Shown here: piece after piece, positions 1 to 8,929 of the stretch | How the letters are laid out: each line of letters opens with the position of its first letter | Position numbering within the stretch: position 1 is the first letter of the stretch | Assembly (NCBI RefSeq): GCF_004765795.1 | Contig: NZ_SBIV01000013.1 | Location: 1-42,709 of the forward strand | Direction: 5' to 3' | Source: Halorussus marinus | GTDB lineage: Archaea > Halobacteriota > Halobacteria > Halobacteriales > Haladaptataceae | DNA length: 42,709 nt | Notes under the pieces: generated by a model | Database searches by the model: none | Told to the model about the DNA's origin: nothing | Seen by the model: only the letters and a program-made list of their open reading frames with translations | Position numbers and translations under genes: made by a program

Positions 1-22
1 ACGAACGTTACTGAGTGATACC

Positions 23-1906
23 ATGGCAGACCGAGTTATCTTCCAGAACGACGACGCACTGAGTGAACAGAATCTCTCCCAGCAGCGAGCTCGGGAGAAC
101 AGCACCGACTACGTCGAGCGCGGCCTCGACGTCACTGCGGACTGGGCGGCGGGCGAGGTCGACGTCGCCGCCGGCCACGCCGTCGTGAAGGACGGGGTGA
201 ACGCCTACGACGTCTTCCCCGACGCCCGCGCCAACGTGGCGCTCGCGGACGGGTCGGGCGTGAACTACGTCTGGCTGGTGGTCGATCCGAGCCAGCAGGA
301 CGACGTCTCGATCACGGTCAACACGACTGGGTCGGCGCCGTCGTCGGCGTCGGTGCTGGTCGCGGAGGTCGACGCCGGCGCGGAGGCGGTGGTGGCGAAG
401 AATCAGGCACCGGATGCGACGTTCCGGTCTGCCGAGGCTCAGTCGTTTAGTACAGACGAACTATCTGACGTTGCACGGTTCATCGAAGCTGGCACATCCC
501 TCAGCGACATCAACGACGAACTCACCCAACCCGGAACTGTCGTTTTCGAGGCGGGTAATCACTTCGTCCCTGACTGGATCGAGATCGGAACCAGCGACAT
601 TACCATCATCGTCGAAGAAGGCGCTCACATCAAGTTCGAAGACTCCGCATCCCCAACGCTCTACTCCGACACCCAGAACACGGACCATACGTTCCTGCTC
701 TACTCGGACGGCTACGATAACGTCACCATCATCAACCGAGGGATTATCGAAGGAAATTCGACAAACCATCCGTCGCCTCAAGCAGTGACGTTCTTCGGCG
801 GCGGCCACCCGACCTATCTCCAAGAAGGCGGCGACCTCCGAGACGCAAATGCTGGCGTGCTGTTCGTGGATAACGAGAGTCCGTTCTCTCTCGGAGCATC
901 CTCGACAACACTCGATGACAACGGCGCGACTATCATCGCGGAGGGACTTCGAGGCGGCCGACTCATCGGCACGCACGGCGCGAACGGCCAAGAAGCAGTG
1001 GACCTCAACGCGAGATGCACTGACGTATATCTCGCGGGCACAACCGGCCGCAACCTCAACGACTCGCTCATCGACCTGAACGAAGCCCCGCGGACAGAAA
1101 TCGAGGGCGTGATTGCGCTCGGGGACGCAACCGTCGCAAAACACCTCAACGTCTCAGGTGGGAGTGGAAATCGGTATACCTCGCGCTCGGCAATCGGCAA
1201 CAGCAACGACATCACAGCAACAGGACTCGCCGGGAAAGTGAGCGGCCGTGGAATAGACAAATCGGGGAGCGACCCAATCCAGAATCTCACCGTCGAAGGT
1301 CGCATTACAAGCACAGGCGGGAACGCCGTCGGTCTGTTCGGAGCAGAAAACCAGTTTGATGGGTTAACGCTCCGCGGAACGTTCGAGACAGAAGCAGAAA
1401 ACCCGGCTGTGAACCTCGGCTTCGACGCTCAACAGGTTGGCCTCACACTCGACGCAGAGGCGATTTCAGCAGGCGACGGCTTCCACATCACGGACTGGGC
1501 GATTATCAGAGGGTCTGTCCGTGCTGATAACTGCGGCGGCGACGGCGTGGTTATCGAGGAGAACGCGGCGAACGCCGACAACAACACGCTGTTCGTGTCC
1601 ACGGTTGGGAACGACGGCGACGGCGTGGTCGTGACCGGTTCCGTCAACCAGACCAGTCTCTTCGGGGTCGCTCACGCCAATACGAACGACCTGAATATCG
1701 GCGCGAGCGCAACCGATATCGAATGGTGGGGGTGGCATGATTCGCTCAACTACGGCGGCACAAGAACGCTCATTAACGGTATCGGGCGGAACGATGGCGA
1801 CCCATCGAGTTCCGGCGAGTGGAACGGGTCGGGCCGGGAGGGCGTCAAAGTGTTCGACACGACCGGAAGCTCGAAATACTGGTATGTGAATGGGAACTGG
1901 GTCTGA
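23..1906 (+). CDS. Tail fibre/spike receptor-binding protein with probable beta-helix domain
   Basis: 627 aa; N-terminal anchor-like ~135 aa followed by G/N/D-rich beta-strand repeats; follows the tail module in circular order. Confidence 0.75.
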   Translation: MADRVIFQNDDALSEQNLSQQRARENSTDYVERGLDVTADWAAGEVDVAAGHAVVKDGVNAYDVFPDARANVALADGSGVNYVWLVVDPSQQDDVSITVNTTGSAPSSASVLVAEVDAGAEAVVAKNQAPDATFRSAEAQSFSTDELSDVARFIEAGTSLSDINDELTQPGTVVFEAGNHFVPDWIEIGTSDITIIVEEGAHIKFEDSASPTLYSDTQNTDHTFLLYSDGYDNVTIINRGIIEGNSTNHPSPQAVTFFGGGHPTYLQEGGDLRDANAGVLFVDNESPFSLGASSTTLDDNGATIIAEGLRGGRLIGTHGANGQEAVDLNARCTDVYLAGTTGRNLNDSLIDLNEAPRTEIEGVIALGDATVAKHLNVSGGSGNRYTSRSAIGNSNDITATGLAGKVSGRGIDKSGSDPIQNLTVEGRITSTGGNAVGLFGAENQFDGLTLRGTFETEAENPAVNLGFDAQQVGLTLDAEAISAGDGFHITDWAIIRGSVRADNCGGDGVVIEENAANADNNTLFVSTVGNDGDGVVVTGSVNQTSLFGVAHANTNDLNIGASATDIEWWGWHDSLNYGGTRTLINGIGRNDGDPSSSGEWNGSGREGVKVFDTTGSSKYWYVNGNWV

Positions 1907-1978
1907 TAGACCCGGCGCTCTACGTACCGCGGCGTTCAGACGGCACGTCCACGAAAGAAAATCCGGACCGGGGCGCGT

Positions 1979-2893
1979 TCAGCGCGTGTTCGCTTGCTGC
2001 AATTGCCGCTGGGTATTCTCCGGGGATGCCGCGACATAGTTCCGAGCGGTCGACAAATCAGCCCACCCGAACATCGACTGCAAAGCGAGCGACTCGATCC
2101 CGCGCGCCGCCAGGTGCGTGGCGGCGGTCGCCCTGAGACCGTGCGGGTGAGTGGTGTCGGTGTCGAGTTCGCGGGCCTCTGCGAGTGCCTCAGTCACCCG
2201 ACGGTTGACAGCTTGCCGGGATCGCTGCCAGCCGTTGAGCCGGTCGAAGAACCGTTCGACGTAGATTTCAGCGCGCGGGTTGTGGTCGAACGGCACTTGG
2301 CGTTCGGCGGTCTCGGTTTTCGCAGTCCACATCTCGCGTTCGGCCTCGGCCTGCGAGACGGAGTGCTCCTCGCGATAGTCGCGGGCCGCCGCGTTGAGCG
2401 AATCCAAGATGCTGCTGGCGTCGTCGGCGGTGGCGGCCGTTTCGAGCAGCTGGCGTAGCTGTCGTTCCAGCACGTCGCTGTCGAGCGTGCCGTTGACGTG
2501 CGCGACGTGTGTGGCCTGCATCTGGCTGCGGACGGTGCCGGAGAGCTGGTGGCCGTGTTCGCCCCGTAATACTTCAAGCCGGGCTTCGGCGAGCGATAGC
2601 GTGTTGTATTCGGCGCGCTGCTCGCTCTGGCTGCGACAGTAGCCACAGATACCCCCGTCTCGGCCTTTCTCGCAGGGCTCGTGATATGGGATGCAAATCC
2701 GGCGGCGTCGCCAATCCACCCACTCGCTTGTCATGTGCGCGATTTCGCCCGGCCGAAGTCCGAGCCGGCCGCCGACGAACGCAACGAAGAGGGCTTCGAG
2801 TGACCGGAGATCGTCGTCGATACGGCGCGCGCCCTCGACGAGGAGTTCGTACTCGCGATCGTTGAGCGCACGCTTACGACTGTGTTCGGTCAT
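1979..2893 (-). CDS. int: Tyrosine recombinase (integrase/resolvase) with Cys-rich insert
   Basis: GLRPGE (Arg), AKT (Lys), PHGLR (HxxR), FGW, RNY (Tyr); CEKGRDGGICGYC insert. Confidence 0.92.
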   Translation of the reverse strand: MTEHSRKRALNDREYELLVEGARRIDDDLRSLEALFVAFVGGRLGLRPGEIAHMTSEWVDWRRRRICIPYHEPCEKGRDGGICGYCRSQSEQRAEYNTLSLAEARLEVLRGEHGHQLSGTVRSQMQATHVAHVNGTLDSDVLERQLRQLLETAATADDASSILDSLNAAARDYREEHSVSQAEAEREMWTAKTETAERQVPFDHNPRAEIYVERFFDRLNGWQRSRQAVNRRVTEALAEARELDTDTTHPHGLRATAATHLAARGIESLALQSMFGWADLSTARNYVAASPENTQRQLQQANTR

Positions 2894-2978
2894 CGGCGAC
2901 CTCCCGCGTGGGTGGAGGGCTGGTGGAGAGCGATACGGCTGGCGTTACGCCTTTGTAGGCGCGGGGCGAATTCGAGCA

Positions 2979-3026
2979 TGCTTCTTGGGCTCTCAAGAAG
3001 CACGGGATCCGGTGCTGCTACACCGG
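2979..3026 (-). promoter_or_regulatory. Two tandem stem-loops upstream of the recombinase gene
   Basis: TGCTTCTTG/CAAGAAGCA (2979-3002) and CCGGTG/CACCGG (3009-3026). Confidence 0.5.
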
Positions 3027-3139
3027 GTCTTTCTGCGAAGACATTCCCGTACTCCTTACTGATTAGACATGATTCCGAATAGTTAATTCTTTGCCAATAT
3101 ATACTGGTTCGAACACCCCGGGATTCGGTGGATCTCGGG

Positions 3140-3183
3140 CTTAACCAACACTGGGGCCGGTCGGCGTCCGAGTGTTGGTTAAG
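3140..3183. repeat. 13-bp perfect inverted repeat (core TTAACCAACA-N22-TGTTGGTTAA), copy 1
   Basis: CTTAACCAACACT 3140-3152 and AGTGTTGGTTAAG 3171-3183. Confidence 0.9.
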
Positions 3184-3303
3184 ACTCGGAATAGTCAAGA
3201 TGTCGGCCCGTGTAGGCGAATAATCTTTCCTATCTCTCCAAATAGAACCTCATCAAGACCGCCAGACAGCGACGCATCGGAACTGTAATCTCTCTCGACA
3301 GGA

Positions 3304-3777
3304 CTATTCGTCGGTCTCGAATTCTTCGACGAGGTCCTGGATCTCCTCGCGGTCCATCTCCTCGACCGCTTCGAGCCCGCTCTGAACGACCAGCGGATAC
3401 CAGTGCATCAGCTTCTCCAGCGGATCCGCGCCGTCGCGGCGCAGCTGGACGTTCGTCTCATCGAGCACAATCTCCAGTTCATCCTCGAGCCGCTCGGGCA
3501 GATGGATCTGTTTCGGACTCCAGTTCTCCCGCTGCTTGACGTTGTTCGCAGAGTGAATTTGTGCGGACTTGGGGAGCTTCTGGTGCCACTCTTCAAACCC
3601 AGGCGCGCCGGCGTGAATCTTCCCATGGCAAGACGGACAGACCGGCACCAAGTTCTCAAGCATGTTATTCGTCCGGTCGCCATCAATGTGGTGGGCGAGG
3701 ACATCCTCGCCACCGCCACAGATGATACATTTCTCTCCCTTTGCATCGAGGCATGCCTGACGATAGTTTTCAACCAT
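3304..3777 (-). CDS. HNH endonuclease domain fused to a ParA-partner-like C-terminal domain
   Basis: CIICG..HHIDGDRTNN..NLVPVCPSCHGKIH; C-terminal half aligns with the 3770-4225 product. Confidence 0.85.
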   Translation of the reverse strand: MVENYRQACLDAKGEKCIICGGGEDVLAHHIDGDRTNNMLENLVPVCPSCHGKIHAGAPGFEEWHQKLPKSAQIHSANNVKQRENWSPKQIHLPERLEDELEIVLDETNVQLRRDGADPLEKLMHWYPLVVQSGLEAVEEMDREEIQDLVEEFETDE

Positions 3778-4225
3778 CGTCCAGTAACTCCATGCGCGTC
3801 ATGCGCTCAATGCGTTCATCGAGTTCCTCGCCCTCCATGTCCACCATGCGCTCCATGCCCAACAAGACAACGAGAGTCTTGAAGTGTCGGTCTTTCTTGT
3901 AATCGCCATCCGCGACGTAGTTGAGCCGCGACCACTCATCGTTCATGGGGTCTACGAGCTCGTCGGGGAGATAGAACGAGACGCCATTCCATTCCTGCTT
4001 GACGTTCTCAACGTTCCATGCGCTCCCCGCGGGCAAGCCGTTCTCCTCGTTCTCCTCGCTCCCGTCGCGGTTTTCGTTCTGGTCGTTCATGTCGCGCATG
4101 TCGCGGTCTGAACGCATGTCGGTCTCTTCCCGCTGGTCGTTCCTCTCGGACTGTTCGTCGACGCCGTCGTCCTCGTCCTCGAAGCGCTTCGCTAGCCGAT
4201 CCTGGACGTCGTCTCCATTAGGCAT
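3770..4225 (-). CDS. Putative ParA partner (centromere-binding adaptor)
   Basis: Directly downstream of and overlapping parA; acidic disordered N-terminus and folded C-terminal domain; start moved to ATG 4225. Confidence 0.6.
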   Translation of the reverse strand: MPNGDDVQDRLAKRFEDEDDGVDEQSERNDQREETDMRSDRDMRDMNDQNENRDGSEENEENGLPAGSAWNVENVKQEWNGVSFYLPDELVDPMNDEWSRLNYVADGDYKKDRHFKTLVVLLGMERMVDMEGEELDERIERMTRMELLDDG

Positions 4226-5003
4226 GGCTGGCCACCTCCTCGGCAACCGCGAGGTAGACGTCCGTCATGTCGGTGTCCTCGGCGTCCTCTCCGAAGATAG
4301 ACCCGCCCTGTTTGATCGAGCGCGCGATCGCGACGCGGTGAGCGATCTCGAATACGGGGCATCGGCCGCCGAACGTGTCTTCGAACCAGTCGAGCATCCG
4401 CTGTTGCTCGTTGTCAAGCGGGTAGTTGACGTCGGAGACGAGGATGCCGCGCTCCTTGATCTGGGTGTCGTAGCGTTGTTCGAGGGTTTCGATCTGGTTG
4501 AGGAGATGCTCGAGTGCGAGCTGCATCATCTCGTCTGTCTCGACTGGGACGAGAATGCCCTCGCAGGCCAGGAGGACGTTGTCGTTGATCGGGCCGAGCG
4601 ATGGGGGCGCGTCGACGACTGCGATGTCCCAGTCGTCGATACCGCCGTGGTCGAAGAGGAGGCTGAGGCGTTCGCGGGGCTTCCAGCCGGCAGCGATGAG
4701 CTCCTGCTCGGCGCGAAACATGTCGACGTGTGCTGGGAGGATGTCGAATTCGGGGTGGCTGACGGCGAGGTCGCGGCCGATGTCGTAGTCGCGGGGTTCT
4801 TTGAGTGCTTCGAAGAGGCTGTCGGCGTTGGTGGTGTAGGCGTTGTTGTGTCCGAGGCGGTTCGTGAGGTAGCCTTGGGGGTCGGCGTCGACGGCGATCA
4901 CGTCGTGGCCGAGTTCGGCGAGTGCGCCGGCGACGTTGATGGTGTTTGTGGTCTTTGCGACTCCGCCTTTCTGGTTGGTGATTCCGATACGCATGTCGTT
5001 CAT
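4218..5003 (-). CDS. parA: ParA/Soj family partition ATPase
   Basis: NQKGGVAKTT deviant Walker A, VDADPQG, VVDAPPSLG. Confidence 0.95.
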   Translation of the reverse strand: MNDMRIGITNQKGGVAKTTNTINVAGALAELGHDVIAVDADPQGYLTNRLGHNNAYTTNADSLFEALKEPRDYDIGRDLAVSHPEFDILPAHVDMFRAEQELIAAGWKPRERLSLLFDHGGIDDWDIAVVDAPPSLGPINDNVLLACEGILVPVETDEMMQLALEHLLNQIETLEQRYDTQIKERGILVSDVNYPLDNEQQRMLDWFEDTFGGRCPVFEIAHRVAIARSIKQGGSIFGEDAEDTDMTDVYLAVAEEVASHA

Positions 5004-5152
5004 GTCGCTCTATGCGCGGGATGCGTGATAAAGATGCGTCAGACGTTCGAGGGGTAGACGCAGCACTATCGAAGTGTTCGCGACAGTTCCGTATAGCGTA
5101 TAGTGCGATAGAAACTGGCGATCATCGCCCCCCGGCTAGGTAGCACGGCGTG

Positions 5153-5374
5153 CTACTCATCCGACAGCCAAACATGCTCGGCGTCGCGCTCCAGCCGACC
5201 CGCCTCGACCGCGTCATCAAGCGCCCGCCGGACCTGGTGCTCGTCCTCGCTGCCGTTGCCGGCGAGGATCATCACGACCTTGTGCGCGGGGATCCGGTCG
5301 GGCTGGGTGGGGCTGATCTGGTAGTAGACAGTACGGACGACACGGTCGACGATGTCGTAGTCTTCGCGAGGCAT
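5153..5374 (-). CDS. Small winged-helix-like protein
   Basis: 73 aa; VRRALDDAVEAGRLER recognition-helix/wing pattern. Confidence 0.5.
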   Translation of the reverse strand: MPREDYDIVDRVVRTVYYQISPTQPDRIPAHKVVMILAGNGSEDEHQVRRALDDAVEAGRLERDAEHVWLSDE

Positions 5375-5418
5375 AGCTCGGGGTTGGGACTACAGTGTCT
5401 TAGTCGGTCGCGTCCGAG

Positions 5419-5778
5419 TCACGCATGACCGACCACCACCTGGCGCTCCTCGTCGCCAACATACTCATCAAACCCGTACAGCCGATGGGAATGACAGCGA
5501 ATGCACTTGTCCAGATCCCCGCCGAGATCAGCATAACAACAGCTCTCATCACGCCAGTACCGCCATTCCGAGGCGTTCTGGACCGCGGGACAGCGCGGGG
5601 TCTCGTGGTACGTCCGCGACGGCGTCACCACTCGGAGCGGGCCGCCGCCCTGCCAGCGTTCCCGCCGCCCCCAACACTCCCGGCAGAGGCCATCATGGTC
5701 GGAGACCTCGCCCGCTAGTCCACAGCCGAGACAAAGCGGGACGTCCCCCACTGACTCGGCCTCAACTCGGTCAGTCAC
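5419..5778 (-). CDS. Cys-rich Zn-binding protein (CxxC-CxxC plus YHxxxxC...CxxC domain)
   Basis: CLGC, CREC, YHETPRC, CIRC; coupled to upstream gene. Confidence 0.7.
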   Translation of the reverse strand: MTDRVEAESVGDVPLCLGCGLAGEVSDHDGLCRECWGRRERWQGGGPLRVVTPSRTYHETPRCPAVQNASEWRYWRDESCCYADLGGDLDKCIRCHSHRLYGFDEYVGDEERQVVVGHA

Positions 5779-5953
5779 CGGACACCACCTCCTCGTCGCT
5801 CATGTCCTCAAGGGCGGCCGCGAACGCGTCGTACCGATACGCCTTTGAGCCACAAGTCTGGCAATTGATGACTTCCGTATAGCTGGGGCCGCGCCACTCG
5901 TAGCGGACGCCGGCGAACCGACCGCAGTTCCCGCACCGCGGTCGGTCAGTCAT
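5771..5953 (-). CDS. Zn-ribbon micro-protein
   Basis: CGNCG...CQTCG; overlapping stop/start junctions. Confidence 0.7.
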   Translation of the reverse strand: MTDRPRCGNCGRFAGVRYEWRGPSYTEVINCQTCGSKAYRYDAFAAALEDMSDEEVVSGD

Positions 5954-6077
5954 CGCGCGTCCTCCTGGTCTGCTTAGACACTGCGAGAACGTCCCCGCAG
6001 CGGGAACAGTATTTGTCTAACCCACGGTGCCGGAGGTCGTGCGACTCGTGGCCGAGCAGTCTACATTTCCAACTCAT
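5946..6077 (-). CDS. 43-aa Zn-binding micro-protein (CRLLGH...CSRCG), absent from the ORF track
   Basis: Manual translation MSWKCRLLGHESHDLRHRGLDKYCSRCGDVLAVSKQTRRTRDD; overlaps both neighbours. Confidence 0.65.
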   Translation of the reverse strand: MSWKCRLLGHESHDLRHRGLDKYCSRCGDVLAVSKQTRRTRDD

Positions 6078-6253
6078 TGTTCGGTCTTCTCGGACACGTC
6101 TTTCCGAGCGCAGTCGTGACTACAGTAGTACTCGCCGGTCTTATTCGCTCGAATATCGTCGCCATTGAGTTCTTTGCCGCACCGTCCACAGATTTGCTCA
6201 CCGTCTCGGTAGCGACGCGTCCAAGGGCCATCGTCTTCGACTCGATCAGTCAC
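6074..6253 (-). CDS. Zn-finger micro-protein (CxxC...YCSxxC)
   Basis: CGRCG...YYCSHDC; GTG start at 6253 after GGAGG. Confidence 0.7.
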   Translation of the reverse strand: MTDRVEDDGPWTRRYRDGEQICGRCGKELNGDDIRANKTGEYYCSHDCARKDVSEKTEQ

Positions 6254-6683
6254 CGGACGCCACCTCCTGCGTGTCCTCGAGGCGGTCGTCGTCCACGCCA
6301 TAGATGCGCACGTCTACGTCGTCCAGCGCAATTCGGCGGGTGTCTATGTAGTCCTCGTAGGGCTGCATTGGGTCGACCTCTCGAACGAACGCGCCGCGCT
6401 CGGTATTCTCGGCAGGGACGACGATCTCGTAGTTCCAGTTATCCGAGCGGCCGCCTGCCCGCAGCTCCATGCTGCCGCTGACGTGCTCGTCTATGGTGTG
6501 TGGCCTGCCGAGGACTTCGACAACGCCGCGGTCGTCGCCTGCGTGGAGTTCGATGCCGCCCTGGATATCGGCCATCACCGGCAGCCGTTCGCGGAGTGGA
6601 GCGTCGATGTCGTAGTCCTCGTGGATGTCTGTACTAGCTTCGTCTTCCGTATCCTGCTCCGTAGCGTCTGTTGGCTCAGGCAT
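6246..6683 (-). CDS. Hypothetical acidic protein
   Basis: Acidic ORF coupled to both neighbours; start moved to ATG 6683. Confidence 0.7.
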   Translation of the reverse strand: MPEPTDATEQDTEDEASTDIHEDYDIDAPLRERLPVMADIQGGIELHAGDDRGVVEVLGRPHTIDEHVSGSMELRAGGRSDNWNYEIVVPAENTERGAFVREVDPMQPYEDYIDTRRIALDDVDVRIYGVDDDRLEDTQEVASGD

Positions 6684-8391
6684 CGGCGCCCTCCAAGACG
6701 CTCTCAATTTCAAGGACGATCGCCTCCACGTCGTCCTCAGCCACGGCGTCGTTCCCGTCGAACCAGTCCCGAACCGCCTCCGGGAGCGCGTAGCGGTACT
6801 CGCCGCGCTGCACCTGTTCGACGAGGTCCTTCTGCTGGAGCGTCTTCATCTTCTTGCGTTTTTGACTACTCTTTCGAGACCCTCCGGCTGCCCAGTACGC
6901 GTCTTCGACGCTTCCAGGGCCGTTGTACTTGAACCACTGGAGCATGTCGGCTTCGTACTCGTCGAGGTCGGCGAGCTCGTTCTGCATCCGTGAGATGTAT
7001 CGGTCCACCGACGGATGTTCCAGGACGTCTGGGTCTGGTGCGGACTGCTCGCTTTCGAGTTCCTCAATGCGCTCGCGAGCGGTCTCTAACTTCCGCTTGA
7101 GCGCATCGTTGTCGCTCGTTCCGACGCCGAATTCGTCGGCAAGCACGTCCACCGCCTCCACTGCGCGCTCGCTAATCTCCGGCCGGCTTTCCAGCTCGTC
7201 GCGCAACGCCTCCACCTGTTCGCGGTATTCCTCGTTCTCGTCTCGGACGTCCTCCAGTTCGCTCTCGAGCTCTCGAATCCGCTCGTTCTTCTCCTGCTTG
7301 ATCTCCGCAACCTCAGCCTGAATCGTCTCGGTGCTCTCGCTGCTCCCGCCGGTGGACGTCATGGCCTCGGTGAACTGCTCGGCCATCTGCTGCATGTCGC
7401 GCGCCTGGTCGAGTTCCTCCTCTAACTCAGCCTTCTCGGCTTGCAGCTCGTCGACGCGGTCTTCGAGCTGGCTGATCCGGTCCTGGCGGCGGTCTTCGCG
7501 CTGGCTGATCTCTTCGAGTTCATCGACGAGATCGCCGGACACGCTCTTCAGTTCCGGGCGCTCGAAGTCGTCGAGGCCGGGTGTCGCGCCGGCATCGAAC
7601 GTCTGCTTGCGCTGCCACTGCACGCGCTCGATGTCAGTCTCCCAGTCCGCCATCACGAACGCCTCGCCGTCCGCGAGGTCGGGGACGTCGTCAGCGATGT
7701 CGTTGCCGAGGACTCGTCGGACGGTCTTGAGGTCGTTCTCCCAGGTGAGGCGATGCCAGACGAGCCAGTCGGCCTGCGTGATGAAGTCCTTCTTGACGTC
7801 CGCGGGGCGCTGGCTGATCCCGACCATGCCGAGGCCGTGTTTCCGGCCGCGCTTCCCAATCTTCACGAGCATCTGGCCCGTCTCGTCCAGCCCACCGCTC
7901 TGTGGGATGTACTCGTGGACTTCCTCCACGAGCATCAGGAACGGCTTCTTGAGCTTCTTCTCCTTGGCGAACAGCTGGTGTGCGGTGTCCCGGATCAGGT
8001 CGCTCGCGTCGCTCTCGTTGAGGTACCCGGAGACGTCGAGGATGATCGGGACGTTCTCTTCGAGGGCGAGCGAGGCGAGTTTCTCGGCGTGCTCGGGTCC
8101 GACCTGGAGGTCGCACTCTTCGTCGGCGCCGACATGCAGCATTTCGTACTCCTCCTTGAGGCCGTAGTACTCGCCGTCGGTGTCGACGACGAGCAGCGGA
8201 TAGCCGTCATCGAGGAGTTGTTCCGCAACGACGCTCGCACTGTTGGATTTTCCGCTGCCGCTCTTGCCGGTGATGAACCCGCGGCCGGTGAGGACGTCGA
8301 CGACGGGAAGCGTGAAGCCATCCTCGCCGACGGTGATAGTTTCAGTGCTGTTCATCTCAGTATCCGGGTTGTTTGTGGCTGTTTCACTCAT
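6676..8391 (-). CDS. HerA/DUF87-like P-loop ATPase with coiled coil and C-terminal wHTH-like domain
   Basis: ITGKSGSGKS Walker A, VVDTDGEY, LVEEVHEY Walker B, GRKHGLG, ISQRPA; long heptad region. Confidence 0.88.
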   Translation of the reverse strand: MSETATNNPDTEMNSTETITVGEDGFTLPVVDVLTGRGFITGKSGSGKSNSASVVAEQLLDDGYPLLVVDTDGEYYGLKEEYEMLHVGADEECDLQVGPEHAEKLASLALEENVPIILDVSGYLNESDASDLIRDTAHQLFAKEKKLKKPFLMLVEEVHEYIPQSGGLDETGQMLVKIGKRGRKHGLGMVGISQRPADVKKDFITQADWLVWHRLTWENDLKTVRRVLGNDIADDVPDLADGEAFVMADWETDIERVQWQRKQTFDAGATPGLDDFERPELKSVSGDLVDELEEISQREDRRQDRISQLEDRVDELQAEKAELEEELDQARDMQQMAEQFTEAMTSTGGSSESTETIQAEVAEIKQEKNERIRELESELEDVRDENEEYREQVEALRDELESRPEISERAVEAVDVLADEFGVGTSDNDALKRKLETARERIEELESEQSAPDPDVLEHPSVDRYISRMQNELADLDEYEADMLQWFKYNGPGSVEDAYWAAGGSRKSSQKRKKMKTLQQKDLVEQVQRGEYRYALPEAVRDWFDGNDAVAEDDVEAIVLEIESVLEGADA

Positions 8392-8929
8392 CGCTTCCTC
8401 CGTACTTCTGATAGAGGTGGTCGCCATGCTGCTTCCCGACATGACGACGTGCTTTCTCCAGCCGGCTGAACGGCGACGTGCTACAATACTGGCAGTACCA
8501 CTCAGTACGCTGGCCGATCAGGCGATCGTGCAGCTCCGTGTACTCCTCGCTCGACCACGTATCTGGCGGGCCGTCGGGAGCGTCGTAGTTGAACGACTCG
8601 TTGTGTTCCTCCCATTCTTCTTGAGGTGCCTGCTCTCCCGAGCCGTCGTCGTCGTTCAGTCCCTCCTGGAGAGCGGTGATCGCGTCGTCGAGCTCCGCGG
8701 CGTTCTCCCGAGAGGCGTCTTTGTCGAAGCCGTACTGGCGGCCGTTCATGATGTCTTCAGCGAGCGAGACGGCGGCGTCTTCGAGGGCTTCGGCGTGACT
8801 GCGGTCGAGCTCGTCGACGAGGTCGTCGATGGACTGGCGGAGGCCGGTGTCGAACCGGTTGTTCCGCTCGCGCTCGCCCGGCGGTGTGCGGTCCCAGCCC
8901 GACGGCCAATCGATATCGGTCTCAGGCAT
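8384..8929 (-). CDS. Chimeric protein: WPxGWxRT-type N-terminal fragment fused to an acidic region and a C2H2 Zn finger
   Basis: IDWPSGWDRTPPGER; C-terminal CQYC...H...H. Confidence 0.6.
   Translation of the reverse strand: MPETDIDWPSGWDRTPPGERERNNRFDTGLRQSIDDLVDELDRSHAEALEDAAVSLAEDIMNGRQYGFDKDASRENAAELDDAITALQEGLNDDDGSGEQAPQEEWEEHNESFNYDAPDGPPDTWSSEEYTELHDRLIGQRTEWYCQYCSTSPFSRLEKARRHVGKQHGDHLYQKYGGSDE

Noticed and set aside
23..2893. phiCh1-like invertible tail-fibre cassette driven by the adjacent recombinase
   Set aside because: No inverted second fibre gene and no repeat series flanking the recombinase were seen
2940..3130. tRNA-derived attP near the recombinase (GGTTCGAAC at ~3106; TCGAATTCGCCCCGCGCC on the minus strand)
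   Set aside because: Neither forms a proper T-arm plus acceptor stem; no tRNA 3' half can be supported
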